A stretch of DNA of 64,000 bases, taken from contig JBAZRY010000003.1 in the NCBI GenBank assembly GCA_041662705.1, forward strand, positions 15,532-79,531. Direction: 5' to 3'. A model generated the notes under the pieces. That model saw only the letters and a program-made list of their open reading frames with translations, made no database searches and was not told the origin of the DNA. Each line of letters opens with the position of its first letter. The first letter of the stretch is position 1. Positions 1 to 9,455 of the stretch are shown one piece after another. This DNA is from Bacteriovorax sp. (GTDB lineage Bacteria; Bdellovibrionota; Bacteriovoracia; Bacteriovoracales; Bacteriovoracaceae). The position numbers and the translations under genes are program-made.

Positions 1-180
1 ATCGCTGTCTCGCTTTTCGAAAATGACTGCATAATCTCTATAAACATCGACGATAAACGGGAATTCTGGAATATCTTTTTCATAGACTCGAAAACAATCA
101 AGCCCTTCTTTACGTGCCCATTTTGCCCGGTGTCTGAAATTTTTTTCTATGCGATTTTGAATGGTCTTTTGATCGGACAT
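1..180 (-). CDS. RlmK/RlmI-type rRNA SAM-dependent methyltransferase, N-terminal part (runs off left edge)
   Basis: Not in ORF track; manual translation from ATG at 180: MSDQKTIQNRIEKNFRHRAKWARKEGLDCFRVYEKDIPEFPFIVDVYRDYAVIFEK, resembling the start of the RlmK half of RlmKL (NRL.KN...KWA...G..CYRLYD.D.PE...VD.Y). Confidence 0.7.
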   Translation of the reverse strand, partial: MSDQKTIQNRIEKNFRHRAKWARKEGLDCFRVYEKDIPEFPFIVDVYRDYAVIFEKRDSD

Positions 181-182
181 AT

Positions 183-701
183 TTATCTTCTATGTAGCAT
201 GCGCTTTTCTTCTTTTATGACGTCTTCCAGGCTTTGGTTATGAAAGCGAATGCAGTAATCACCCAGTTTAAGCGTGATATCAGCATTGATTTTTTTATGA
301 ATTCCAAAAACTTCAAATGAGTATTGAGGGTATCGTTCTACAATTTTTTGAAGCGGCAGTTTAGTTACAAACTCAACATGCTCAAGCCCCCTTTTATAAG
401 AATGTCTGGCCTTTGGACTCGGTAGTTCTAAAAGGTAGATTTTACGATTTTTATAAATGATGGGTTCATGAAGTTTAAAAGTAGAGATTAATCTGCCGTT
501 GACCATTGATTCAACCAACAGTTCGCCAAAGGGCATGAGTTCATCTCTTTTAATTTTGTATTCATCCACTGTTTCTACACGATAACAAAGGTGATCGAGT
601 TCATATTTATCCACTTCAAGACCTATGTCTTCAAGTCTTAAAAAAAGATCTTCAAGAAAAACGATGGGGTCAGTGATGATGTCTGCGAGTATTTTATTCA
701 T
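183..701 (-). CDS. yecM: YecM-family VOC/glyoxalase-like metalloprotein
   Basis: DHLCYRV, NGRLI..FKL..PI, LELPSPK, GLEHVEFV motifs; start overlaps prfC stop (TAATG). Confidence 0.75.
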   Translation of the reverse strand: MNKILADIITDPIVFLEDLFLRLEDIGLEVDKYELDHLCYRVETVDEYKIKRDELMPFGELLVESMVNGRLISTFKLHEPIIYKNRKIYLLELPSPKARHSYKRGLEHVEFVTKLPLQKIVERYPQYSFEVFGIHKKINADITLKLGDYCIRFHNQSLEDVIKEEKRMLHRR

Positions 702-2311
702 TATCTATAGTCCGAATTTTTATAAAAATGCACATTGGGATTTTTTTCCATAACAAGTTTTAGGTCCCATTCAGAGCGAACGGAGAAACACATTCTCTTC
801 TTATGATCATAGACAATATTATTGCTGTTGTTCATCATGAATTTGCCCTGCTCTTTTTCATTTTCAAATTTGAGCCAGCGGACCCCGATAAATGAGTAAC
901 CTTCATAATCAGCATTAACATTGTATTCGTCTTCTAAACGGTATTTCACAACTTCAAACTGCAACGCGCCTACGGCACCAAGAATTTTTTCGCTCGTAGA
1001 GTGTCTGGTAAAGAGCTGAACAGTTCCTTCTTCAGAAAGTTGCAGTAAGCCTTTCTCAAGCTGTTTGGCTTTCATTGGATCTCTCAATACAACTTTATTA
1101 AAAATTTCAGGGGCAAAATTTGGAATACCAGTAAACTGATATTTAGATTTTTCCGTGAAGGTATCACCAATTTGAAATTTACCATTATCATGCAGACCGA
1201 TAATATCACCAGGATAGGCTTCTTCCGTAATTTCTCTGTCTTGAGCCTGAAACATAAGAGGCGTAGCGATCTTAATTTCTTTATCAGTGCGCACGTGATA
1301 AATTTTCTGGTTGCGCATAAATTTACCGGAGCAAACTCTTAAAAAAGCGATGCGGTCGCGGTGCTTTTTATCCATGTTTGCCTGAATCTTAAATATAAAA
1401 CCGGTGAACTCAGTTGTGCTTTCAGGATCGAGTGTCACAGTCTCTGAATCAGATTCGTATGGTGGAAGTTTTACTTCCCGTGGCTTGGGACCCGGGCAGG
1501 CCTCTGCAATCATATCGAGTGTTTCTTTGACACCAAAATTATTTAAGGCCGATCCAAAAAATACAGGAGTTTGAATTCCGGCGAGAAATTCTTCAACACT
1601 AAAATCTCCAATTAAAGTGGCGACCATTTCCAGCTCGTCTTTTAAAGTCGCGAGTAAACTTGTCCCTATGAAAGCTAAAACATGGGGGGCATCTAAATTA
1701 CTTGCATCGATAATTATCGGATTAAAAGGGTCAGCTGCATTTTTAAAGCTCATTATTTGTTGAGTTCTGAGGTCATATACTCCCTTGAAATCAACTCCCG
1801 ATCCGATAGGCCAGGTCATTGGAACACACTGAATATTTAATATCTTTTCAATATTCTCAAGTAAGGCAAAAGGATCCATTGCTTCGCGGTCATATTTGTT
1901 CATAAATGCCACAATAGGAGTGTCGCGCATTCTACAGACTTCCATTAGTTTTATTGTCTGAGCTTCAACACCTTTGGCCGAGTCAATCATCATGAGAACT
2001 GATTCAACTGCAGTAAGTGTTCGATAGGTATCTTCTGAAAAATCTTTGTGCCCAGGAGTATCTAGTAAATGCATGGCCCTATTTGCATAGGGAAAACTCA
2101 TGACTGAAGAACTAATTGATATACCTCTTTCTTTTTCCAGTTCCATCCAGTCAGACTTCGCAAAATTTCCGTCCTTGGCCTTAACCTTGCCTACATCACG
2201 TATGACCTGACCAAACCATAACAGCTTTTCTGTCATGGTGGTCTTACCCGCATCGGGGTGTGAAATGATTGCAAAAGTGCAACGTTTAGCATTTTGAGCA
2301 TGGTCGAGCAT
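701..2311 (-). CDS. prfC: Peptide chain release factor 3
   Basis: AIISHPDAGKTT, ERGISI, LDTPGHKDFSEDTYR, NKYDR, KIQANMD..HRDRIAF, GAVGALQFEV. Confidence 0.97.
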   Translation of the reverse strand: MLDHAQNAKRCTFAIISHPDAGKTTMTEKLLWFGQVIRDVGKVKAKDGNFAKSDWMELEKERGISISSSVMSFPYANRAMHLLDTPGHKDFSEDTYRTLTAVESVLMMIDSAKGVEAQTIKLMEVCRMRDTPIVAFMNKYDREAMDPFALLENIEKILNIQCVPMTWPIGSGVDFKGVYDLRTQQIMSFKNAADPFNPIIIDASNLDAPHVLAFIGTSLLATLKDELEMVATLIGDFSVEEFLAGIQTPVFFGSALNNFGVKETLDMIAEACPGPKPREVKLPPYESDSETVTLDPESTTEFTGFIFKIQANMDKKHRDRIAFLRVCSGKFMRNQKIYHVRTDKEIKIATPLMFQAQDREITEEAYPGDIIGLHDNGKFQIGDTFTEKSKYQFTGIPNFAPEIFNKVVLRDPMKAKQLEKGLLQLSEEGTVQLFTRHSTSEKILGAVGALQFEVVKYRLEDEYNVNADYEGYSFIGVRWLKFENEKEQGKFMMNNSNNIVYDHKKRMCFSVRSEWDLKLVMEKNPNVHFYKNSDYR

Positions 2312-2504
2312 AGATATTTGTCCTGAACTTTATAAATATTTTTTAATAGGGGTATATGAGGCAAAACTTATCATACAAAGCATCAAAAAACAGCAAATTT
2401 TTCCCGTCTATTGCCCTCGGGTTAGGTGCTGCGAGTATAATTTAAGAGGAAGGGCCCATATATCCGAATTGTTTATTAGCTATAAACATGAACGAGGTGC
2501 AGCG

Positions 2505-4079
2505 ATGAGCAAAAAACATTTTGGTATTATACTTCTTGGCGCTTTCTTACAGTTAAATCCTACGCAAACAAATGCAAAACTGGTACAAATTCTTCATACA
2601 AATGACACCCATTCTTATCTGGACAATACCACTCATGATGAAACGCGAGGCGGTTCTGCAAGATTAAAAAGCTTGATGGACTTTTATAAAAGTAAAATGG
2701 CCGAGGAAGGAGTTCCAACACTTGCATTGGATGCCGGGGATTTTTCTGAAGGGAACATGTATTACATGGCCGAGAAGGGAAGAAAGGTTTTTCAGGTACA
2801 CAATGAAATGGGTTTTGATGTAGGCACACTCGGGAATCATGATTATTTAATGGGCACAAAAGAGCTGGATAAAATTCTGGGTGAAATAGATAGTAAAGTG
2901 TCTTTTGTAGCAGCAAATCTTCAGTTGAACTATGACTTCAAAAATATCCGTGAAAAAATAAAACCTTATAAAGAACTGACAATAGATGGCATAAGAATCG
3001 GCGTGCTCGGACTTACGACGAATGAAATTTTTTACAAATGGCGTTTTGAAGGCGCACGCATAAGCAATCCTTATAAAGCAGCTCAGAAGTATGAACAGAT
3101 ATTAAAAGACCGAAAAAATGATTTTATTATTGCTCTAACTCATATTGGCGCTTTGAAAGACATAAATTTAGCTGAGAAAACTAAATATATTGATTTGATT
3201 GTTGGAGGCCACTCCCACACGGCACTTTTTAAGCCTAGTTTTGGGATCAATAAAAAGAAATACTCTGTGCCAATCGTTCAGGCGGGTATGCACACTGAAT
3301 ATCTAGGGCGACTAATTGTAGATATGGAAAAAGGCAAGCCACTCAAAGTTGTTCACTACGAACTGGTGCCGGTTAAATATGAGGCCGCTGACGTGAAAAT
3401 TAAATCGTTGGTTGAAGAAGCAAACAACGATCTGGAAAATCAATACGGGAAAGAGTGGCTTAACGAGCAGGTAGGGTTTTCTGATCTTAAAGGAAACGAT
3501 CCTGAAGGTGCCAGAAAATGGGCCTACTTCATTACTGATGTTCTTAAAGAAAAAGCAAACTCAGATATTGCCATTCACACTCCCGGGATGAATGGAGAAG
3601 ATTATCCTGTTGGGCACGTATCGAGACGTGATCTATTTAATTCATTCCCAAGAGTTTTTGATTTAACTGAAAAGTATGGCTGGAACATCTACACCACCAG
3701 AATAAAAGGCGCATGGCTTCGTCTGACGTTTGAGGCACTGACTCATTTTGGGCAACCGCTTACATTTTCCGGTTTGAAAATGGAGTACTCCAAGACCGAG
3801 CATGGGATTAAAATTAAAAAGTTTTTGATAAATGGAGAAAAACTTAATCCATTCAAGTATTACACAGTGGCCTTCACGGAAGGTATTGTCCGAGGCGCTC
3901 AAGGTGTAAGCCCATATACCTCTGCCCTGTTAAGAACTCCTGTTAATACTAAAGTCAATATCTGGTCTACGCTTGAGGAAAAAATTGGTCAGAATCTTGG
4001 AAAAATGAAAATTAAAAATATCAGCGAAGATAATCATCAATTGATTATGCCTAATATGAATGCGGATCTAGTTGAATAA
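2505..4079 (+). CDS. Exported 5'-nucleotidase / calcineurin-like metallophosphoesterase
   Basis: HTNDTH, DAGD, GNHD, GGHSHT motifs; signal-peptide-like N-terminus; ATG 2505 preceded by GAGGTG. Confidence 0.85.
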   Translation: MSKKHFGIILLGAFLQLNPTQTNAKLVQILHTNDTHSYLDNTTHDETRGGSARLKSLMDFYKSKMAEEGVPTLALDAGDFSEGNMYYMAEKGRKVFQVHNEMGFDVGTLGNHDYLMGTKELDKILGEIDSKVSFVAANLQLNYDFKNIREKIKPYKELTIDGIRIGVLGLTTNEIFYKWRFEGARISNPYKAAQKYEQILKDRKNDFIIALTHIGALKDINLAEKTKYIDLIVGGHSHTALFKPSFGINKKKYSVPIVQAGMHTEYLGRLIVDMEKGKPLKVVHYELVPVKYEAADVKIKSLVEEANNDLENQYGKEWLNEQVGFSDLKGNDPEGARKWAYFITDVLKEKANSDIAIHTPGMNGEDYPVGHVSRRDLFNSFPRVFDLTEKYGWNIYTTRIKGAWLRLTFEALTHFGQPLTFSGLKMEYSKTEHGIKIKKFLINGEKLNPFKYYTVAFTEGIVRGAQGVSPYTSALLRTPVNTKVNIWSTLEEKIGQNLGKMKIKNISEDNHQLIMPNMNADLVE

Positions 4080-4090
4080 AATAATGCAAT

Positions 4091-4121
4091 AAAAAAGGGG
4101 CCTGAAGGCCCCTTTTTTTTT
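4091..4121. terminator. Bidirectional intrinsic terminator
   Basis: AAAAAA-GGGGCC-TGAA-GGCCCC-TTTTTTTTT between convergent genes. Confidence 0.85.
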
Positions 4122-4123
4122 AA

Positions 4124-7100
4124 CTATGCCTGATTATGTGCCCGAAGAATTTCATGACTTACTTCTGAAATATTCATTCTGGAGAGTTTTATAGGATCTA
4201 TGACGTTAGGGTATAGTTCCGGCAGCGCTTTTAATTCCTCCATAAAAATTAAACTTTTATTGGCCTCAACTTCATCGACTTTTTTAACAGGGGTGAAGTG
4301 AGGAGCTGTTCGCAAGACGTGTGGTGTTTCGTTGATGAGCTCCAAAATGGCATTAACAACTTCTACAAACCTGTCGAGCTCTGCCAGCGAATATGTTTCA
4401 GTTGGCTCAATCATAAGACCGTAGACTTCAGGAAAAGCAACTGTCGGTGCATGAAGACCAAAATCTAAAAACAACTTTCCAATTTTAGCAATGGCCTGGG
4501 CCTTAGGTGTTCCACCCATTTCTATTCTTGCAAATGTATCTTTTGAAATGGTGAGAATAAATTCGTGCATGCGAACTTCTGACTCACATCCTTCCGGCAG
4601 GCTGGGAAAATTTGGTTTTAGTTTTTCATAAAGATATCTTGCGGAAAGAACGGCCACTGACGACATCGCACGCGTCCCGTTTCCACCCAGAGATTTAATA
4701 TAAGTATAAGCACGAACTTTGTGAGCAAAGTTTCCAAAATGGCGATGGAATGATCCAATAGTTTTTGGAGCGCGTACCAGATCGTAATGTCCTTTGCTGT
4801 CCTTTGTAACTTGAATGCCCGGGAGATAATCGACAAGCCTATGAGAGACGGCAACAATGCCGTCTCCTGGTCCGCCGCCGCCATGAGGGATAGTCCAGGT
4901 TTTATGGAGATTATTATGGACAGCATCGACACCCATTTTATTGAGGTCAATCCAGCCGGCAATGGCGTTCATATTGGCGCCATCCATGTAGACTAATCCT
5001 CCGGCTGCATGAATGAGTTCACTCATCTTTTTGAAACATGTTTCAAACAATCCAGAAGTGTTCGGGTTGGTAACCATCACGCCTGCAATTCTTTTATTAT
5101 ATTTTTCTATAGCTGCTTTCATCTGGTCAAAATCGATCTGGCCTCGTCTGTCTGCTTCGATAGTGACGATACCGTATTCAACTCCATCCACGGTTTTTGT
5201 TTCAAAACCTGCCATGGATGCCGAGGCAGGATTGGTTCCATGTGCTGAACGAGGGATCAATAGAATATTTCTTGTTTTATCTTCGCCGTTATTTCTGTGA
5301 TAGGCCTGGAATAATTTAAGCCCGACAAGTTCTCCCTGAGCACCAGCTACGGGTTGAGTTGTTACGGCTGGAAGACCTGTAATGGATTTAAACATTTCTT
5401 GAATGGAAAAAAGAATTTTTAGACAGCCCTGGACATCGCTGATGGGTGCCTGAGGATGAATATCGGTAAAGCCCTGAAGCCCTGCCGCATAGTCATTGAT
5501 ATAAGGGTTGTACTTCATTGTACAAGAACCAAGAGGATAAATATTATCATCAGGGCTCACATTTAAGCTGGAGAGTTTTGTATAAAATTCTTTCAGTTCG
5601 TCTTCTGAAAATGAAGGCAGTCCGACTTTAGTAGTGCGCAGAAAATTCTCCGGAATTTCCGGAAGAAAGTCATCATTTTCGATGGCCTCAAAATTCTCTC
5701 TGAAGAATGTTTCGAGTTTTTCCAGATCATCATCAGTGTGAATATCGAAGAATGAAAGAAGCAGAAGATTTCTTCCGTCTTTCAGTCGATCGCTCACGTC
5801 AATGCCGATTTGAATATTGGCTTCGGATGCTTTCTTTTGAATTTCTGCAACAGTAACCGGAAGTTCAAGAGTAAATTCATTGTAAAAAGGGGTTGAAGGG
5901 AAGGCGAGGTTAACATCTTTATATTGAGTTAAAACTTGGGCCATCTGGAGAGCGTAATCTCTGCCGGCAAGTGCCGATTCAGTCATGCCTTCTTCACCTC
6001 TGGCCATGATTCCTGCGCCTGCGGCTGAAGCAATAAAAGACTGGTTTGAACAAATGTTCGAGGTCGCCTTCTCTCTTCTTATGTGTTGCTCACGAGTTGA
6101 AAGAACCATGCAAAGACAGTTTTTTCCATCGGCGTCTTTAGCTCTTCCGATAAACCGGCCAGCTGTTGATCTGATATCCAGTTTATTGTTTTGGTTGTAA
6201 CGGATCCCGAAAATTCCAAGTCCAGGGCCGCCAAAATTTGGTCCGATTGCAAGGTGCTGTCCTTCACCGACAATCATATTAGCGCCTTGCTTTTTAGACC
6301 CGTATAGAACAGGTGGTATGAGCGCATCTGTAGCAAGCAACATTGGATCAATCATGGCAATTGATTGAACTTTTAATTCAGAACAAAGATCAGCAAACTC
6401 ATGTACGTCTTCAAGATTTCCAAAATTATTGACCTGTGGAAAGACAACAGCACAAAGGTCTGCACCGATTTCACGGGCCATCTTTTTTGCAGTTTCAATA
6501 TTAGTAATACCTGTTTCTGGATCAGTCGGAATGGTGATTATTTTGGTGCCGGTTTCAACAGCATTCGTTTTAAGAACTTCAATGTCACCCGGGTAAATGG
6601 ATTCACAGACAAGAGCTGTATGAGAATTCTTAACAAGTCTCATGGCCGTCTGAATGGCCTCAAAAAGAGCTGTTGAGCGGTCATAAAAAGAAGCGTTGAT
6701 TGCTTCAAATCCAGTCAGCATAGAAAGTGCTGAAGAATAAATCCATAATGTATTGAGTGTTCCTTGAGATCTCTCCGGCTGATAGGGAGTGTAGGCGGTT
6801 GTCAGACCCCGCAGGTTACAGACAAAAGGGACGAGGTCCTGAACTTTATAATTTTTTAGACCATCGCCGATGAAACAGGTTTTTAATTTATTCATTGCCG
6901 CGACTTCTTCAACGTGGGCAATAAGATCATTGTAGGGAAGCTCTTCACAAACAAACGGCGCCTTATCAAATTTTACGTCGTCAGGAATGTGTGCATAAAG
7001 ATCGCTTAAAGTTTTCAATTTTAAAGTAGAAAGCATCTGTGCCTGCTCTTCTACCGTTGAAGAAATATAATATTTTGTCAGTTCACGCTTAAGAGTCTTA

Positions 7101-7150
7101 GGATTATAGGGAAGCTTTTTGAAATTGCTTTCAGTATTGATGCTCGGCAT
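4124..7150 (-). CDS. gcvP: Glycine dehydrogenase (glycine cleavage P protein), single-chain fusion of GcvPA- and GcvPB-type halves
   Basis: TAYTPYQPERSQG, TREQHIRREKATSNICSNQ, YPLGSCTMKYNP, AHGTNPASA, NPNTSGLFE, YMDGANMNA, PLP-lysine HNNLHKTWTIPHGGGGPG; start ATG 7150 after AAAGGA. Confidence 0.92.
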   Translation of the reverse strand: MPSINTESNFKKLPYNPKTLKRELTKYYISSTVEEQAQMLSTLKLKTLSDLYAHIPDDVKFDKAPFVCEELPYNDLIAHVEEVAAMNKLKTCFIGDGLKNYKVQDLVPFVCNLRGLTTAYTPYQPERSQGTLNTLWIYSSALSMLTGFEAINASFYDRSTALFEAIQTAMRLVKNSHTALVCESIYPGDIEVLKTNAVETGTKIITIPTDPETGITNIETAKKMAREIGADLCAVVFPQVNNFGNLEDVHEFADLCSELKVQSIAMIDPMLLATDALIPPVLYGSKKQGANMIVGEGQHLAIGPNFGGPGLGIFGIRYNQNNKLDIRSTAGRFIGRAKDADGKNCLCMVLSTREQHIRREKATSNICSNQSFIASAAGAGIMARGEEGMTESALAGRDYALQMAQVLTQYKDVNLAFPSTPFYNEFTLELPVTVAEIQKKASEANIQIGIDVSDRLKDGRNLLLLSFFDIHTDDDLEKLETFFRENFEAIENDDFLPEIPENFLRTTKVGLPSFSEDELKEFYTKLSSLNVSPDDNIYPLGSCTMKYNPYINDYAAGLQGFTDIHPQAPISDVQGCLKILFSIQEMFKSITGLPAVTTQPVAGAQGELVGLKLFQAYHRNNGEDKTRNILLIPRSAHGTNPASASMAGFETKTVDGVEYGIVTIEADRRGQIDFDQMKAAIEKYNKRIAGVMVTNPNTSGLFETCFKKMSELIHAAGGLVYMDGANMNAIAGWIDLNKMGVDAVHNNLHKTWTIPHGGGGPGDGIVAVSHRLVDYLPGIQVTKDSKGHYDLVRAPKTIGSFHRHFGNFAHKVRAYTYIKSLGGNGTRAMSSVAVLSARYLYEKLKPNFPSLPEGCESEVRMHEFILTISKDTFARIEMGGTPKAQAIAKIGKLFLDFGLHAPTVAFPEVYGLMIEPTETYSLAELDRFVEVVNAILELINETPHVLRTAPHFTPVKKVDEVEANKSLIFMEELKALPELYPNVIDPIKLSRMNISEVSHEILRAHNQA

Positions 7151-7199
7151 GTGCTCACGTCCTTTTAAAATGGTCTGTTTGCCAGTATAATAACTAATA

Positions 7200-7961
7200 A
7201 TGAAAGACTTAATAAAGATAAAAATGAGTGACGCCAACAGAGAATTTTGGCCCTCATTTCTTGAAACTGCGCTACAGGATAAAAACAAGTTTTGTCTAGA
7301 AATTGAATCAGAGCGCAAGCTTTGTGATCTGTGTGATTACTTGTATTTTTCAGATGATATTTTGCAGTTTCACTCTGTAGAACTTGGGGCTATGTCGTTT
7401 GATTTTGCTAAAGATTACGCCTACCACCAGAGACAGAATTATGCTCTTTCCAGAGAGCCGCTTGCCAAGGCCCTTGGAATCAAAGGCGAAATAAAGCCCA
7501 CTATATGGGATGCAACATGTGGCACGGGAAAAGATAGTCTATTGATAAAGACTTTTGGTGGAGTTCTGAAGGCCTTCGAGCGCAATCCATCCATTTATCT
7601 TTTACTCACAGATGCCTTGCGAAGATTCCCCCTGGAATTTGAAATCGTATTCGCAGATGCTTCAAAATTATATCCCGAAATGACCGAAGAAGCTCACCGT
7701 CCGGATGTGATTTATTACGATCCAATGTATCCCGAAAAAAGCGGCTCAAAGAAATCAGCGCTGCCAAGAAAAGAGATGCGTATTTTTAAAGAGGTCGTGG
7801 GTGAAGACATCGACTCGGAGAATTTTTTAGAATGGGCCCTGAAGACTGCGCGCTCACGCGTTGTTGTCAAGCGTGCGCTAAATGCTCCCTTTATTAAAGA
7901 AAAGCCAAATGCCAGCTATGAAGGTAAGAGTACCCGCTATGATATGTATAAAATATTTTAG
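7200..7961 (+). CDS. rsmJ: 16S rRNA m2G1516 methyltransferase (RsmJ family)
   Basis: DATCGTGKDS, VIYYDPMYP, KSALPRKEM, RVVVKR, GKSTRYDMY. Confidence 0.85.
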   Translation: MKDLIKIKMSDANREFWPSFLETALQDKNKFCLEIESERKLCDLCDYLYFSDDILQFHSVELGAMSFDFAKDYAYHQRQNYALSREPLAKALGIKGEIKPTIWDATCGTGKDSLLIKTFGGVLKAFERNPSIYLLLTDALRRFPLEFEIVFADASKLYPEMTEEAHRPDVIYYDPMYPEKSGSKKSALPRKEMRIFKEVVGEDIDSENFLEWALKTARSRVVVKRALNAPFIKEKPNASYEGKSTRYDMYKIF

Positions 7962-7963
7962 TG

Positions 7964-8368
7964 TTATCCGCCGCTGCGTTTGATTTTAAAATTAAGTTTT
8001 GTCAGAAAAATCTCAGCTTTTTCTCTCTGATCTCCTTGAAGTTCAATCTGCGCTTTGCCTTCTGTTTTAAAGGTTCCGCCGGTACCGCAATGATTTTTTA
8101 ACTTCCTGGCCAGATCTTCAAAATAAGACGGATTGTTGGGAAAGTCGTGAATGACTGTTACCAGTTTTCCACCTCGCTGATTTTTTTCAAGTTTGATTTT
8201 GAGAGTCGTCTTGTCGGGAATAATGGTCTGAATGAATTGGGGCGAAGTCTCGCAAACGCAGGGATCATCAGAACATTTCTTACATATTTTCAAATGAGAG
8301 CCGTCGCTGGAATAGACCAATCTTGTCTCTGAGTTTTTTTGGGGTCTTGTGGGCGGTTTTTGTTTCAT
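7964..8368 (-). CDS. yciH: SUI1-family translation initiation factor
   Basis: RGGKLVTVI, LARKLKNHCGTGGTFK, IELQGDQRE. Confidence 0.85.
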   Translation of the reverse strand: MKQKPPTRPQKNSETRLVYSSDGSHLKICKKCSDDPCVCETSPQFIQTIIPDKTTLKIKLEKNQRGGKLVTVIHDFPNNPSYFEDLARKLKNHCGTGGTFKTEGKAQIELQGDQREKAEIFLTKLNFKIKRSGG

Positions 8369-8435
8369 TTTTGCGGTCTTTTGATTATTATTTTGAATCT
8401 AAACTGTAAGAAATTTTAAAAGGATTATAATCAGT

Positions 8436-9431
8436 ATGGCAAAGAAATACGACGTTTATGGAATCGGAAATGCATTAGTGGATATGGAATTTGAAGTGAC
8501 GACTGACTTTTTACAAAAGGCGTCTATTGAAAAAGGTCTGATGACACTTGTTGATGAGGCACGACAAACGGAAATCATCACCACGCTTCATGGAATTCAG
8601 CACAAACGAACTTGCGGCGGCTCTGCTGCCAATACCATGATTGCCGTTTCCCAGTTTGGAGGAAAAAGTTTTTATTCCTGCAAAGTCGCCAGCGATGAAA
8701 CGGGTGATTTTTATTTTAAAGATTTGATGGATAATGGTGTTGATACAAATCTATCCACCAGCTCGCTTGAACCGGGCATTACCGGCAAGTGTATTGTTCT
8801 GATTACACCGGATGCCGACAGAACGATGAATACATTCCTGGGTATCACCCAGACTTTGTCTTCTAAAGAACTTATCGAAGAAAATATAAAAAATTCTAAT
8901 TACGTTTATATCGAAGGTTATTTAGTGGCTTCACCAACGGGGAAAGAAGCTGCTATTAAGGCACGAAAAATTGCCGAGGCCAATAACGTTAAAACGGCGC
9001 TTACTTTTTCAGATGTGAACATGGTCCATTATTTCAATGACGGCCTGGTTGAAATGCTTGGAAATGGTGTCGATCTTTTATTTTGCAATGAGGCTGAAGC
9101 TTATACCTTTACCAAAACAAACAATGTTCAGGATGCGGCCAGTGCACTTAAAAAAGTGGCAAAAACTTTTTCCATTACTTTAGGTGCAAAAGGTGCCTTT
9201 GTATTTGATGGTCATAAAGAAATTTACGTCGTAACCACGCCGGTTGAGGCAGTTGATACCAATGGTGCCGGAGATCTTTTTGCCGGTGCGTTTTTATACG
9301 CGATTAATTCAGGGATTTCGTTCCCGGAAGCTGCAAAGCTTGGGTGTACGGCCTCGTCGCTTTTAGTTACTCAATTTGGTGCTCGTCTGCAGAAGGAACA
9401 GGTTCTGGAAATTAAATCAAAAACACTGTAG
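8436..9431 (+). CDS. Adenosine kinase-like PfkB carbohydrate kinase
   Basis: GIGNALVD, CGGSAANT, DRTMNTFLG, FCNEAEA, DTNGAGDLFAG. Confidence 0.85.
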   Translation: MAKKYDVYGIGNALVDMEFEVTTDFLQKASIEKGLMTLVDEARQTEIITTLHGIQHKRTCGGSAANTMIAVSQFGGKSFYSCKVASDETGDFYFKDLMDNGVDTNLSTSSLEPGITGKCIVLITPDADRTMNTFLGITQTLSSKELIEENIKNSNYVYIEGYLVASPTGKEAAIKARKIAEANNVKTALTFSDVNMVHYFNDGLVEMLGNGVDLLFCNEAEAYTFTKTNNVQDAASALKKVAKTFSITLGAKGAFVFDGHKEIYVVTTPVEAVDTNGAGDLFAGAFLYAINSGISFPEAAKLGCTASSLLVTQFGARLQKEQVLEIKSKTL

Positions 9432-9455
9432 CCATTTACTTTGATTGGAGTTTTT

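Noticed and set aside
7151-7318. Glycine riboswitch or the long N-terminal extension of gcvP in the ORF track
   Set aside because: Only ~50 bp separate gcvP from the divergent rsmJ; the extension overlaps rsmJ antisense and the SD-supported ATG is at 7150
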